In this document: in pieces, positions 24,900 through 56,510 of the stretch | Numbering within the stretch: position 1 is the first letter of the stretch | How the letters are laid out: each line of letters starts with the position of its first letter | Assembly (NCBI GenBank): GCA_012295275.1 | Contig: CM022671.1 | Coordinates: 23,684,001-23,748,000 of the forward strand | Reading direction: 5' to 3' | DNA from: Chrysomallon squamiferum | Lineage: Eukaryota; Animalia; Mollusca | Length of the DNA stretch: 64,000 nt | Made by a program: the position numbers and the translations under genes | The notes under the pieces: model-generated | What the model saw: only the letters and a program-made list of their open reading frames with translations | What the model was told of the DNA's origin: nothing | Databases searched by the model: none

Positions 24900-24971
<72 letters not shown>

Positions 24972-25528
24972 TATACAATAAATAAATAAAATAATTTTTT
25001 TATATATAAAAAAAAAGAAAACGATCTCTCTGTCTTTTTGTGTGTGTTTATGTCGTTCGTGCGTGCTTTCGTGGACAGATACATATATATATATATATAT
25101 ATTTATAGACTTGGCTGTGCTTTTCACACTAACTCGGCAATGTTATTAGATAGCAGATTAGCAATACAAAACGATTTAGACTTTGGACAGATTACCTCAC
25201 GAGAAAACATCCAGGAAGCCACGGATCGTGTGTATCATATCAAGCCCATCAAAGATATCAAAAAAAAAAAAAAAAAAAAAAAAACACCAGTCATAATAAA
25301 CATTAAGGTACTTTCCATACTTCTTATTTTTAATACCTTCTGCTTTTTAAATTATTAATATTCGAAGCCATAATTAAACTAAGAACAGATATTTTTAGGA
25401 CTCACTTGTTAATGTTGCTCACAATATATATATATATATATACATACAGTGTATACGATTATAAAAGTTAATTTTCCTTTCATTTCTGAATATGAGTAAT
25501 TGATAATCATGCTGCACAAGAGATTATA

Positions 25529-25569
<41 letters not shown>

Positions 25570-27217
25570 CACCTCTATATATTTATTTTCATGCCGATCC
25601 CCAAACTGTCATTATGAATTGTACCCTATAAAGGTACCTTAATTTTACAAAGATCAAGTGCTGATTGGCCGGTTACGAGTCACTACAAGCAAGGTAAACA
25701 AACTGCACACGACATCCTTAACAGACAGGCACATAAAAATATCAATAAGGAAGAGAAGCGAAAGAATGATTCCCGGTCAAAGGTTTAGACACACAAAACT
25801 CGGTCAACCAATGACAGTCTTGTCATTTTAGTAGCGGTTCCTGAAAAGATTACTTAATTTTAAAATGCAACTTGTTAAGGTGAGATAAGCAGTTAACACA
25901 TGCTACGTGTTGTATGTATGTATGTATGTATCAGAGTTCAATGACTCATTACAATACCTATATTCTGTGAACGACACACCCCACCCACTCAGCTTTGTCG
26001 GAGAGCTTGCCTGTCGTAGACGTGCTTCACAACAGCTCGCTCTGATTAGCATTTTAAATGTTCACTCACTCACTCAGAGAAATACCGTAGCTGTGACATA
26101 TGTAAATAAATGTACGTAGGTGCATATATTCTTCATACAGACATGCATGCATACAAAGAAACCCTTGCATGCATACACATACATACCTATATACCTATAC
26201 ATATATAATGAATACGTACGTACATACATACATTGATGGGTACAAACAAAAATATACAGACAAAAAGACAGTCACACAGATAGACATACATACTTGCACG
26301 CACGCAGATATAAAAAAAAAAAAAAAATAGAAATAACCAAAAAATCGTCTCTTTCTGTTATGTCTAAGTGTGTTACTGTAAGTATTAGACATACTGAAGT
26401 ATGACTATGTTTTACTGTTTCTGTTGTCCACGCAAAACAGTAGATCATCGAACTAGAAAACTGTATACAAGCAAGAGTAATCACAGTCACTGACCGGCCC
26501 AGTTTGAAAGTTTCAATGGACTCAGTCTTTATAGTTAATATCGAACTTTCGCAAATTACTGTTTTCTTTTTTTATTGTGTGTATGTATGTGTGTATTGTG
26601 TGTATGTATGTGTGTATGTATGTATGTATGTATGTATATGTGTGGGAATGTGTTTGTGTGAATATATATATATATATTTCGTAGTCAATTCAGTTAACAA
26701 GAGAATAAACAAATCGAATTTCTTTCACCAGAAATTAACATCTATACAATAAACAGAATATAAAAAAAACCATCTGATTAAATGTATATTTGATTATTTC
26801 ATTGTTTATTGCAATAATATTAATATTGTTTTAAGCGTGACAAGTATTTAAACTTTCGAAATAATAAAATATCGTAAAATAATTTTTGTTTCTTTTGTCT
26901 TCGACGTGCAATATCCATAACAGAATGTATAGTTAAGGACCTGACCCCGAGTAAAACAAAAAGTCGTTGCAGCCTGAGTAGATTTAGTTGCCCCTTTAGT
27001 ATTATAATCTTTTCACATCAGTTATTAATTTTGTAAATCATTTTGACGGTTTCTCTCACTGCTTGTAGATATATGTTAAATCACTGGCACAGAAACAGCG
27101 AAATATTTGACAAATAGTAAGTATCACAGGACAAATAATTATTAAATTTTATTATCATCATTATCATCGTCGTCTTCGTTGTAATTAAAATTGATGGTGT
27201 TGTTGTTATTGTTACAA

Positions 27218-27268
<51 letters not shown>

Positions 27269-27334
27269 TATAGTAGTAGTGGTAGTAGTATAATAGTAGT
27301 AGTATTAGTATTAGTAGTGGTTGTAGTATTAGCG

Positions 27335-27381
<47 letters not shown>

Positions 27382-28624
27382 TAGTAGTTGTAGTGGCAGT
27401 ATGCAAACAAACTGTGGTGATCATGTATTATTTATAGAGATAGCATCAAAGTTTCCCGTATAAATGATAACAATACCAAAAAATAATTAATAGAGAAAAA
27501 AAAAAAAAATAAAAAAAAAAAAAAAAAAAAAAAATAAAAAAAAAAAATAAAAATAAAAATAAATTAAAAATCTCTTATTACTTATTTATATTTGTCAAGA
27601 ACAAAATTCGATATAAACACGGGATAATGGCCTAACACCTAGGCTTTGATGATCTGTCTGAATAGGTAAAAAAAAAAAATTCAATAGGCCTTCCATACAA
27701 AAGATCTAAAGGGTGGTGACATCATTCATCAAACTCCCATCACAATCGCCAGCCAACCGAGGTGTGTGTAATTTTCTTATTACACGAACACTCATTTCAC
27801 CTCGAAAGTTATTACCCACAACTTTAATGACGCCTGGGTTGTTGTTGTTTTTTGTTTTTTTTTTTTTGTTTTTTTCTATTATCGGAGTTGCAACTTCTTT
27901 TTTTTCCGAAAATACTGTTTTTTTTCCGCCCCTGATTACTATCCATATCAAATAGTCCACTAACGAACGATCGGAAAAAAAAAAAAAAAAAAAAAATGGA
28001 TCTAGCGTGACTAAATGTTTTAACTCTTCATCCGTGACGGCAATCGAATAAGTCCCATATTTATTTCCGAGTTCGTCCATTGATTCGTTAGCCGAGGTGG
28101 TTAATGACGTCGGAGCGACACAATGCAAAAAGTCTATAAGGAACATCGCCCAGCTCGGTTATCGATCACCAGTGAATTTACTCAGTGCTCTGTAGATTAA
28201 CTTGCTAACACAAAGTTAATGAATGTTTACGGAAATACAGTGGAGGATGAAGAGTTAATATTATTTTTTTATTATTTTTTTTTTTGTTTCATGCGGTCTT
28301 TGTTAATGTTTGTTGTCAGTTGTACGACGACTTCAAGTGTTAAAAATGTGTGGGGTGTTTTAGTTTTAGTGTGGTTAAGGTGAATACTAATGAAAAAAAA
28401 AAAAAAAAATGTATTGATTGTTTTATTTTAATGTTGATTAAAGTGAATAGTAATGAATATATGTTCACGACTACGTTGTCACGATCACCGTCTTTATCCA
28501 TTATTATTGTATTGTCATTGTCGACATCATCATCATCGTCGTTATCTATCATTATTATTATTATATGTTTAGCATTCTTATTGTCAATATTATTATCACA
28601 ATCATGGTTATTATAATCATCATG

Positions 28625-28684
<60 letters not shown>

Positions 28685-28962
28685 AGCAGCAGCAGTAGTA
28701 GTAGTAGTAGTAATAGTAGTGGTGGTAGTAGTAGTAGTAAATAACCAAGCATTTATCTCTTGGTTTCTCTTTCATGAATTTCAGAAAGTCGAGGCTATGT
28801 TGTTGTGGCTGTAACTTTCAAAATGAAATGATTTTATCAAGAAAAACAAAAATATTTTTCAACAACAGTCACAGAGACGATTGTGTCATCCACTCGATTC
28901 ATATAAGTCTTTGACATCATATAGACAAAATGTCCGCTAAGTCTACTCTTTCATTTATTTTC

Positions 28963-29014
<52 letters not shown>

Positions 29015-29889
29015 ATGTCGAATCATTGGAAAATAATGTACATACATTCAAGGTTCTCTTTATTGTCTTTAATGAAGTTTGATCGACGAAATAATTCATT
29101 TACACAGACTGAATAATTCTTGTTAAAATAAATATTTATATTCGTTAATACTCAGGTAAAAATAATAATAGTTTAAAATTATCTTTAGGATGAGCCAAAC
29201 AGTATATATATATATATTAAGTAAATATGAAGAAATTAGTTCAATCTTTAATTTTTGTTTTTTTACTAGATTAATGGAATTACTCTTTATAGTTATGTTT
29301 TTTCTAAAGTAATAATCAATATGTATAAAGAATACAAACATTGATTATTGAATTTTTGTTTGTTTAATGAAAACCTCTTTTTGTTGTGGTAGTGTGAAAT
29401 CCAGTATTTCTGAAAAAATTTAAAAGCGGCATCATTCTAATGGACGTAATTTTCTAAATTAAATTATTATTATTATTTTTTTTTTTTTTATATATGAAGC
29501 ATTCAACTTTTGTTTGATTTTTAAAAGACTGTTCTTGAATGATGTACCATCTCATCATAAATTAGATATCTTTATTTATTTTGTTTTATATTATTTATTT
29601 TCATTTCTTTGTTTTATTTATTCTAGAAATTATTTTCATTTCTTTTTATCACGCTTTTCGTTTTCAAATAAACCAAAATTCGAGAATTTTTAAATTGTTT
29701 TAATATTATTATTTTTTTAAAGCCCTCGTTTTTTAACAAAATCCCTCGTAAGAAGTAACTACATATAAAACTTTTATATACAATTATTAAAAATAACCAC
29801 AAAACCCTCTTTCCATCCACCCATTCATCCATCGTCTCCTGTATCCATCTATGCATCCATTCATTCTTCCAAACAACGCTTTAACAATA

Positions 29890-31100
29890 GTATTCTAACA
29901 CCAAATACACCCAAATGTCGAAACCATGTTAACCATTAGCTGCGATAAACACGTCATTGTCATCCAAACAATTATATGAAATATCAAATGCATGATATCT
30001 CGGTCTTTACCCATTGGTATTGACTCGAATAGAGCAATGCTGTGTTTCACTGTCGCCGCTCTGCCAGGACAGAATGTATTTGTCTCTGGCACGTTAATCC
30101 CAAAATGCCCGTAGCCCTGTGTGTATAACCGACGGATCGATCAAACACTTTCTGGCAAAAGTGTCAAACAAGTGGGATGTTTTCTAGCCATTGTTGTCGA
30201 ACAAAAAACAGGCTGCGGATTTTCCTGCATTAAGGGTTCACGGACAAACATATTGATAATCGGATAAAGACGGCGGAGAAGATGACAAAAATGTCCGCTT
30301 TGTCTGTTCTTTAAAAAAAAAAAATTCTTATATATAAATATTTTCACGAAACAAGTAAGGCAATTAAGTGAAGATGTGAAGATATTGTCACTGAAGTAGG
30401 ATTTGTTTTCAAAGCAGAGGAAAGTACAAGAAATTCTTGACTTCAGTGCTGAGTGGAATAGAGAACAAAATTGATGATTGGCAGACGCTGAATGGAAATA
30501 ACAGAAAACTTGATCTTCTTCAAGCAAAGCTGATTCAAGAGACAGAATGACGAAGATGTCTGCCTTTCGGTTTACGTGAATGTGACTTAACAGCTCTTTC
30601 GTTTTATAAATTGCTGTGAGGGAAGAATTCCGGTTCATTCACAAGATGCCACGACAGAAGAGTTTTGTTTTTTTAATTTGCGATATGTCAGGATAGAACA
30701 ACCAATTTACATTTGCCAGTGGAATTAACAGAAGAATACATTGACAAAATGTCATCGTTGAGGACTTAATTTTTCTGTTCGAATGGTTATCATAACAAAA
30801 AATAATTTTACATTTACAAAGAGCAAAAAGGGAAGACACCATGTTAGAGGAAATATTTTACATTTACAAACTGACTGAACAATTAATTCATTTTCATTTA
30901 CAAATGGGAATAATACAACAGCACCATTACATTTATAACAAGCCATGATGACAGAACTGTTTGTCAATTGCTGAGTGCAGTTATTCAAGGATGTACGAGC
31001 TACAATTGAAAGTAACTATTACACACTGGCAACACGCTTTCCAACACACTGCGTGAAGCGTATCTGAATTAAATGTGTATCTTGAGGAAACAAAAGACCA
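29890..31100 (+). other. Decayed coding-like segment of unknown origin (old TE or pseudogene)
   Basis: About 1.2 kb of complex, microsatellite-free sequence with short protein-like stretches broken by stops (KHFLAKVSNKWDVF, IDDWQTLNGNNRKLDLLQAKLIQETE, HLPVELTEEYIDKMSSL, HDDRTVCQLLSAVIQGC). The family was not recognised. Confidence 0.3.
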
Positions 31101-32042
31101 AAACTACTATTCATTTTAATTAAAGGAAGAGAGACATTTCCACTTTGAAATTCTGGCGTCATTACCTTCCGCTTTTTTTCACTGATCAGTATTCGAGGCT
31201 GTAGTTAAACCATGAATAATTATTTTCAGGATGTTGATACATTTACTTGATAATTTTCATGCTTCCGTATTTTAATTACCTGAACAATAAATGGAAAGGT
31301 TCGAACCACTTAGTTAATAATTTACAAAACACTAATGCATCACTTGAAGAATCCAACAGACATAATCTGTCAGTTATGAAAAATAATGCTATATAGTTTT
31401 GTTTTGTTGTCAACAACTCCATGGAAACAACATCACGTGATCATTATTTAAAAAATATATATATTAATAAAAAAAAAAAAACGATTCAACAGCTCAGAAT
31501 GGACGAATTTCTTTTAAAAATTTAATTTTTTACATCTTTAGGTTTTTCAAAAATTGAACAAGAAATGTTTGACCTAGAAAGTCAGTCGGGGTAGACTGGA
31601 GTTCTGGAACAATGGATTTGTCTAAATTGGTGTAGAATTATTTATAAGGAGAGAGTAGAGAAACGCGTATTTTATTACACGTTAGTGTATTTAACAGATA
31701 CGAGTTCATTCTGTGTGCAGTCAGCACCACGGCTGTGTGAGATCATGCAGGGATGACTGTACCAGGATAAACATCACGTTCTGGACAAGGGTTTAAAATA
31801 TACACTTAGGCTTTTGTAAAACTCGAAAGCCATAAACTAAATATTTGAATTTTCTTAAAGTTTCTCGATTATTTATTTATTTATTCTAATTTTTTTTAAA
31901 TGAAAAGGAAATAACATTTAAATTAATCTGGAGTGTAATTTATTTTTACTATAATTTTCGCGTCACTGGAAAAACCCCACAGCAAAGCCAGAAAAATAAC
32001 TTCTAACGAACTGCGGATGAATTGGCTATTTACTACACTGTC

Positions 32043-43576
<11,534 letters not shown>

Positions 43577-43592
<16 letters not shown>

Positions 43593-43908
43593 ATTTCAGA
43601 GTCAGATCCACATCACTGATATTTCAGAATCAATCAGATTTGAGAATCAGAGCCATCACTGATATTTCAGAATCAGATCCACATCACTGATATTTGAGAA
43701 TCAGATCCACATCACTGATATTTGAGAATCAGATCCACATCACTGATATTTGAGAATCAGATCCACATCACTGACATCTGAAAATCAGATCCACATCACT
43801 GACATCTGAGAATCAGATCCACATCACTGATATTTGAGAATCAGATCCACACCACTGACATTTGAGAATCAGATCTACATCACTGACAATTCTGAGCCAG
43901 ATCCACAT
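43577..43908 (+). repeat. Minisatellite, 28-bp unit AGATCCACATCACTGATATTTGAGAATC, ~11-12 copies, starting in the last codons of P4HA
   Basis: Directly visible. Most units contain GAT CCA CAT CAC TGA (DPHH*). Confidence 0.93.
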
Positions 43909-45389
43909 TTTGTATCAGAATGAAGAACCACAACTGTGATAAATACAAATGAGTTTTACTAACAAGGAGGAAATAAAGTAAAACAAACAACTAATTTTGA
44001 AAATTATATAAGCTGTGATAAATATAGTTTCCATTTAAATTCAAAGACTGTTTAACAACGTATGTTATGAAAGTGCTAAATGCGTGTTGTGAATGAAAAC
44101 AAAATCTTAGGAACTTTATTTATTAAAACAGAGTGTTTTGAAAGTATTATCTATATGTGATAGCTATATTTCATTGGTTTCTCGTGGATATAATGTCTGT
44201 CATTATGTATGTACAAAAGAGCTCGAGATCGTGTGCGTGCGTGTGTGTGTGTGTGTGTGTGTGTTTGTTTCATTATTTGGGATTACAGGTGAAATGTTAA
44301 CCAATAAAAGATAGTTTTAATTTTTGTTTGTTTTTGTTTTTTATGTTTTGAGTGTTGTTATTTATTTATTTGTTTGTTTTATTTGTTTGTTGGTTGGTTG
44401 GTTGGTTGGTTGGCTTTTCTTGTTGTTTGTTTCTTTTGTTTTGATTTGTTTTTATTCTTTCATTCATACATCCTTAGAAAATTAATTACCTACTGGTACA
44501 TATCACTGTTAAAAACATTTTGATAATTATGCAATGACTAATTCAATTTTCAGACTTCTTTAAATAAAAGGGAAATAACTCTTAAATTAAAGATTAGAAC
44601 AGGCTTGTCTCCTCTAAAGTTTGAAATCACAAGTTTTATAATCTTTTCTTCTTCTTCTTTTTTTCTGCAGTAGTGGATATTTTTAATATGAAAAAAAAAA
44701 AATTCCAAACAAGAAACAAAAATCAGAAGAATATTTAAGTTTAAATTTCTCTTTATGAATATATGAATTTTTTTTAAATACATTTTCCATATATGTGATC
44801 TATGTTTTTAATGGTTAGTTTTCACAATTTAAAATCTTTTTTAACTAACAAAGTTATCTTTTTCCAATATATTGTAAAGTACAGATTAATCCTATATTAC
44901 CCTAACTTCGTGTCTAACTTACAGTAGGTTTTAACATTCTGTCTGTGTTTAGTAATTCTGGGAAGTCACTGCGTAACTTGACTGATGGAGATAGCGCAAC
45001 TAACAGAAACATCCAGACACGACGCAATATTGCGCGTGCCAACCAGACGACAGCTGTTGAAGGACACAGTGACCCAGTTTTGATATTATTATGTCAGTAC
45101 AGTCATGTTGGAAAACTCAGCACTCAGCTCCATCAGGAGAAATCAAATGTTAACCATATAATTAATTTAATAATAGATGACTGATCAAGTCATGTATATA
45201 TGTAGATTAACATTATTTTAATTTATTTATTTATTTATTTATTTGTTTGTTTGTTGTTGTTTTTCTGAATTTCACAACGAACTAGTCAGTAATAAGAAGA
45301 AGAAGAAGAAGAAGAAGAAAGAAAAGACACACGTACACACACACATCCATCCATCAGTTCATCCATACAGGCCCCTTGTCCCCCCCATC

Positions 45390-45426
<37 letters not shown>

Positions 45427-45626
45427 GCACGCACACTCAGATACCCACGCACACACACACATACACATAGACACAAATTCAAAGTATACGTGACATGTAA
45501 TGGGTACTGTCAGTGTTATTCAGGACACTGAAAGTTGGCGAAAGAGAAGATGACATTTTGTAAATCTGGCTCACGTCATCTAGGTCATGATGTCCTGAAC
45601 ACCTGTGTGTACCTACTCCATCTTAC

Positions 45627-45686
<60 letters not shown>

Positions 45687-45785
45687 ATTAATAATAATAA
45701 TCAATAATAATAATCTCTATCTCTTATACTAACAACAACTGTACTAATTTTGCATCGATCTCTCTCTGATCCTCTCTCTCTCTCT

Positions 45786-45872
<87 letters not shown>

Positions 45873-46280
45873 GCTTACTCTGTTTTTTTCTCTCTATGAA
45901 TCTCTCTCTAACCTGTCTCTATCTCTCTGCATCTTTCTTCATTTCTCTTTCATACTTTCTATCTATCTTTTATCTTTCTTTGCCTCTCTCACACACTTGC
46001 ATTTCTCCTCTCTGTCTCTATTTCTCTCTTTCTCTCTGTCTCTGTACTTTTACAGTTTCGTTATATTTCAGTTTCGTTCTCGTAAACCGACATCTGCCAA
46101 CTGACACGAGTACACAGGTCAGTGAACTCCAAATACAACCTTCGATATACAAAATATTCCAAATAACTGGTTGCATCTGCATTTATTCAAATCATACACA
46201 AATAGTTGCTTCAGTCACCTCATATAAATTATTAGTATATGCAAGAATTTAGCAACGCCATCTACTTTTTATATATATAT

Positions 46281-46281
46281 N
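46281..46281. other. Single ambiguous base (N), possible contig join
   Basis: An 'n' follows a (TA)n run. Confidence 0.9.
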
Positions 46282-46334
46282 GAGTACACAATTCAGGAGG
46301 GCCGAGGGTTCAGTTTGTGAATAAATAAAACATA

Positions 46335-46373
<39 letters not shown>

Positions 46374-46389
46374 AAAAAAAAAAAAAAAA

Positions 46390-46425
<36 letters not shown>

Positions 46426-47075
46426 TTCTTGTATTTGTATCTGTGTAAAATTTCGAGCAAATCAACTCGTTTGGTCCACTTAACTAAAACGTTAGGATAA
46501 CAACCCAGATAAATTAAGAAAAAAAAAGAAGAAGAAAACAAACAAACGGTATTCGTATATTAGATTTTCATAACAGCCGACTCCAAGATCCGATCTAAGT
46601 AACGTAATGGACATCTCACTGATGTGACAGCTAAATATCTTTTCGACTAAATGCTGAGCGTGGTGCATTGAGAGTACGTGTATACTCGTTACAGAGAGAA
46701 ACCCGATCGCCTCTGAGTTAGCGGAACTCCTCAATATTTCTGTTTAAATATTAAATAATGCTGTGAAATCTTGTATTTGGCTAGATGACGATATACGGCT
46801 AAATATAGTTATGATATATCAATCCTTACTTTTTAAATGCATGAATATAAAATTTAGCCGCCAAATGACTTCTTTAAATTTTATTTCGAAAACTTTCAGC
46901 TCAGATGTGATTTTATATTTCATATAAGATCTTTAAATTTAGTCATTTGTTAATTAATGAAAATTATTTCCATTTCATCTTATATTTTTTAAATTCGTCT
47001 GATTTTACGTTTTTAAATTATTAGCTTCCATGACGTTAAACTGTGTTCGTTAATTCTTTCTCCAGATTTCTTTAT

Positions 47076-47132
<57 letters not shown>

Positions 47133-48111
47133 ATATGAACAACAAATTAAAACAAAAGCAGGAACGCAAACAAAAAAAGTAAAATTATAATGCGACAGAG
47201 AATATTCCCGTTTTACCTTGTCGTTCGAGTATTCGACATTTATGATATTCTAAAATCTTTTATGTTTGCTCTGTAATTTGTATATACGATGGGGCTAAAA
47301 ACACTTGAGTGTCATTGAAAATATTTCAGTCTTCATTTAAAAACTAGGGAAAATGTGAAAGCAAATATTGTATTCTTCAAGCCATTCATTAATTAAGGAA
47401 CAAACCTAGAAAAGCATATTTTGTGTAATCAGTCTGTCGTCTTTGATTATCAAAGATAGACATAATTAGCTGAAAGAAAATAAAAGTAAATTCCACTAAC
47501 TTACAGAGAATATTTTCCCAATCAATTTAATAATAATTTATTTACTTCTCATGCAGAATAATTTATTTTTCCAAATGAAAGAACTTACTACACTAGAACA
47601 TTTCACATATTTGAACTGTAATGCAAATTTATTAAAAATATATATCTTTACGTTATATCCTGGAAGAGTAATAAACAATAAAATGAAAACTAATTTTTAA
47701 AAGTCTTTATATTTGTATTACTTGTATTAACGTACCAGTCCGCAACTTAGGTCTTGCGCGGACACTGGTCAGCGAAGAGCATTCCGCGTGGTTTACTGTT
47801 CACGCTCCAGTGACCCAGTCCACTGACCCACGCACACAAATAACAGTCGCGCGAACAGGACGAAGCCTTTGAATGTTTGCTCAACCGTCGACCAATCGCG
47901 ATAAACACAGTCATCCTTAAATGTCCAGACAGAGTCGTAGAGCAACCGGACTGGAACGTCCAGTGCTATGGTCTGTCACTGTGTTTATCATTACCAAGAT
48001 TTCAACTGTGAAGACTTGAGCACGTTTGTGTAGTGCACGAAATAGGGCAGAATTACTTAAATACTGTTTATATTACACATAATACTGAATTTTTAATTTT
48101 GTTATATATTA

Positions 48112-52422
<4,311 letters not shown>

Positions 52423-52626
52423 CAAAAGTATAAAAAACAAAGAGTCAAAGTTGACTTTATAATACATAGATAATAAAATAACAGCAGCGAAAAGAGTAAA
52501 ATATTCAAAATTTCTTTTATGCTTCATGAAATTTGATTATTTTTTAAATTTAAATTTCTTCATGTAGTATAAGCCGGTGCCGTATTGCTTGAACGCATTT
52601 TAATTCCTTTTTTGTTTCCTTTTTTT

Positions 52627-52726
<100 letters not shown>

Positions 52727-53464
52727 TGATAAAAAAAAAGAAGATCGGTAAAAAACTAGTGCTGAAAAGATAACTAATAAGAATTAATGCTTTGAAAAAA
52801 GCATTTATTAGTATTATATATTATAATATTATAATATTAATGTTATTTTTATTTATATTTCTTCTCCTTTTGTCTACCTAATTCTTTATATATAAATGTT
52901 TCATAAATACTATATTGGTTTGATAATTATATGTGACACTTATACTAACAACATTGTTCATTTAGTTTCATGTTTTAGCCTTTATACCAAATGATTATGT
53001 AATTTTTTGTAGATATGTATATACAGAAAAATCTGTGTGTACTGTTTGTCATACGGTGCACGTGTACTAAATCAGTCATGTGGCAAGAAATGCCATTTTT
53101 CATTGGTGAAATGCTAATTAAAATAAGGAAGTATTTTAATTTTGAAAACGATTTGTTATATAAATATTTTAAATCACATAATATATATTCTGTATTACAT
53201 TTTTCTTAATGCCTTATATCAGGGAAAAAATAATAATAATCTAAAAAGTCAAAATAACAGGAAAACAAGTTTCTATATTAAATTGCATAATTTTTACTCA
53301 TTTCAAACACTCGTAAAAATATTTGTTTATGTAAATAAACCTATATTAAAAACAGATGTGTTTGCTTTGCATGTCAATATTTTTTATTAAACTAGGTTCA
53401 TCACGAATTTTTGTACATATTTACCTGTCATTGTTTCCATTTATATTTGTATGTCCGTCTCTGT

Positions 53465-53577
<113 letters not shown>

Positions 53578-53966
53578 TTTCGTTTGGAAATACTCAGGAA
53601 TGCTAATTATCCAACACCTCATAATATTTACGAGAGAATGTGGAAATCACACTGCTCAAAATGCAGATGAGAGGAAAATCACATTCTCAAACTGATAAGA
53701 ATTAGAGACAAGAGACCGAGAAAAACTGTACCCATCAACATGATTAAGTTTGAAGTGCCAGTAAAAAACAAAGGTCTGAGAGCACTCCATTATTTAAAGA
53801 AAACAATAAACTAAATAAATAAATAAATAAATAAATAATAAATAAAAAAATTAAAATAAAATAAAAATGTAACAACAACCAAAAATAAATAATAATAGAA
53901 AATAAAAATATTTTATAGAAAAAAAAAAAAAAAAAAAAAAAAATCAGGGAAAACTTTAACTCACAA

Positions 53967-54035
<69 letters not shown>

Positions 54036-54319
54036 AAGGAAAGAAAGAAATAAATCTTAAAGCTAACGAACAAAACGTTACCTTTAAATTTTTTCCTTAG
54101 TGACGAAAACAGACGAAGTAAACCAAAGTATTTCGACGCTGCTGTAAGAATTACGTCATGCAGTTGTACTTCTCTAGTGATATGGCATAAAAGACAGATG
54201 TCTTGCTTTCGTCCAGTTTCATCAGCAGTTATGTTTTTTATTTACATTTTGTGTTTCGGAATGTTTAAATCAGAAACCTCTAGACATTGTGAGAGAACTC
54301 CAGAAGTTGATCGAAATGA

Positions 54320-55590
54320 AAAAGTCTACGGACATTAGAAACAAAAGATCTGAACCGGGTAATGGTGGATATGCAATTAACATTCTCGAGAAAAAGAAAT
54401 CATCCGAGTAAATTCATTCATTATGTGGCAGGATGGAAATACAACAAAAATAAAAAATAAATAATTTCATGACAACGAAACGAAACTTTACGGTCCACAT
54501 TAGAAACAAAATATGTGCGCCATTGAACAAAAAAAAAAAAAAAAAGGAAATAAAAAGGTATAATGTAAATGTATAAAAAGAAAATGTAAATGGATGATGT
54601 ATATGTATAAAATATGTATATATGTATGTATATATGTATATGTATAATCTATGCACATTTTGAAAAGAAATATGTGCACCGGTGAACTGAGGAAATCAAA
54701 ACAAAAATCTCGATAAAACAAAACGAATATGGATAAAATTTACCAATTGGCGAAGGAATGAAATAAAACAAAATAAAAAGGCATTAATTGTCCACATTAG
54801 AAAAATCGCTCCTTCAAAATAATCAGAATGGTAAGTCAGACACGGAGAGGAGCTCACCCATGAACATGGTTAAGTTTTAAGGGTAATGATTTCTAAATTA
54901 AATATTTTAAGAGTTAAAATATTCATTTTTCAAAATAAGTATCCTACTTTAACTAATATCACGGCTATTGTCAAAGTTCCTCACTGTTTTCATGCTTTTT
55001 CGTACAGGTTCATTTCAGTTTAACAAACAATAAAGTTCCCGAATTTTCCCGATTGTCAAACCGACCAGATCATAATAATGAGTGACCTCCTAGCTGATTG
55101 GCTCTGTTTAACGATAACCAACCAATCGTATTTCAGTTTACTTAAAGTATTGAATTAAGTTCATTGTGAACGCAATGGCGAGGTTTGTGCAGTTGCGAAT
55201 TTGATTCTGTAAACAATTAAAAAGACAAATCTAAAAATAAATAATATCAGAAGAAGAAAAGGAAACAAAATATGTGCACTGATGAACGGAGGAAATCGAA
55301 AATCTCCAAATTGACGGAGATATGAAATGAAATGGGGGCGGGAGAACAGAAGATATAATTTGTACACATTTTGAAACAAAATATGTGACTGCTGAACAGA
55401 AGAAATTAAAAATAGAAAATCTTGATAAAAAAAATCACGATGGAGAAAATTTTTATATTATCTTACGGATAAAATATAACGAAATAAATAGATATTATTA
55501 GTCCAAGCTAGAAACAAAATATGTACATCGTTGAACCGAGCAAATATGAATAAAAACCTCGAAGTAAAATAAACGAGAACAAATTTCTTC
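54320..55590 (+). repeat. Degenerate locally dispersed repeat, core GTCCACATTAGAAACAAAATATGTGCAC..TGAAC..AAAATCTCGA, ~6-7 copies
   Basis: Copies near 54330, 54493, 54655, 54790 (partial), 55261, 55362 and 55501. Confidence 0.65.
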
Positions 55591-55738
55591 ACGCAGTGTT
55601 TTATATTTTATTTGTTGTAAAATGTTCTTTACTGGACATGATTAAATTCAGTTTAACTTGAAATGTGAATTCATATTTTTTGTTTTATATATTTAGATCA
55701 TTACTTGTATATGGGTTTAAATACTGTTCTTTCTTTAG

Positions 55739-55788
<50 letters not shown>

Positions 55789-56479
55789 TGGGTAAACACA
55801 CAAAAACAAATGATCACATGATCAGCAAGTGATGGACACAGAATGAGCTATTAATCCAGTGACAGATCATCCTAGCATAATTCCAGTTATACAGACCAAG
55901 CTGCAAAAGTTAAAATTCTCCTTTGAAATGGAAAGATTTGCAGCATTGTGAATCTGTTTCAATAAACAGTTAAAATAGCCGGTTTTTTTTTTGGTTTTTT
56001 TTTTAAATAATAATAAAAAGCAAAGATTTGTTCAAATATATATTGGCGCATTACCTCACGTTCTTGAAAAACGAAGGATGCACCTATGCAAAAGTTTACA
56101 TACATTACACCACGTTCATTAATACGTACATGTTTGAACATTCTCGGGCATCCTTCAGATTGCCTTGTTTTGATTCATTAAACGCTCACTGATGTGTTTA
56201 ATTCAGTTTTCAGCATGTCAGCATCCCACTGAAATGATAACACTCAACCCCGACAGAGATCAGACCACCACGTCGATAAACACACAGTGAGTGCTCTAGA
56301 TACCAATAAAACAATGACAGCACATATTTATACCGCACACGAACAGGTAATCAGTACGCAAATCAGTGATGGTGAGGCCTCCGCGAGTGTCAAATATTTG
56401 TACACTCAATTTTTCTTTGACTACTTCTGTTTTTTTCTTTAGATACATTCCGCAATGAGAGTGGTTTTCTTTTCTTCTT

Positions 56480-56510
<31 letters not shown>

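Noticed and set aside
27758-27804. Possible two-stem hairpin (CGAGGTG/CACCTCG and GTGTAAT/ATTACAC) in a complex non-coding island
   Set aside because: The stems are only 7-8 bp with a large bulge, too weak for a pre-miRNA or ncRNA call. The overlapping ORFs at 27706-28146 are broken by homopolymers.
47734-47990. GC-richer segment with imperfect inverted repeats upstream of FMO, as a structured ncRNA
   Set aside because: It is more simply the FMO promoter or 5' UTR (CCAAT at ~47892). No tRNA or snRNA motifs were recognised.
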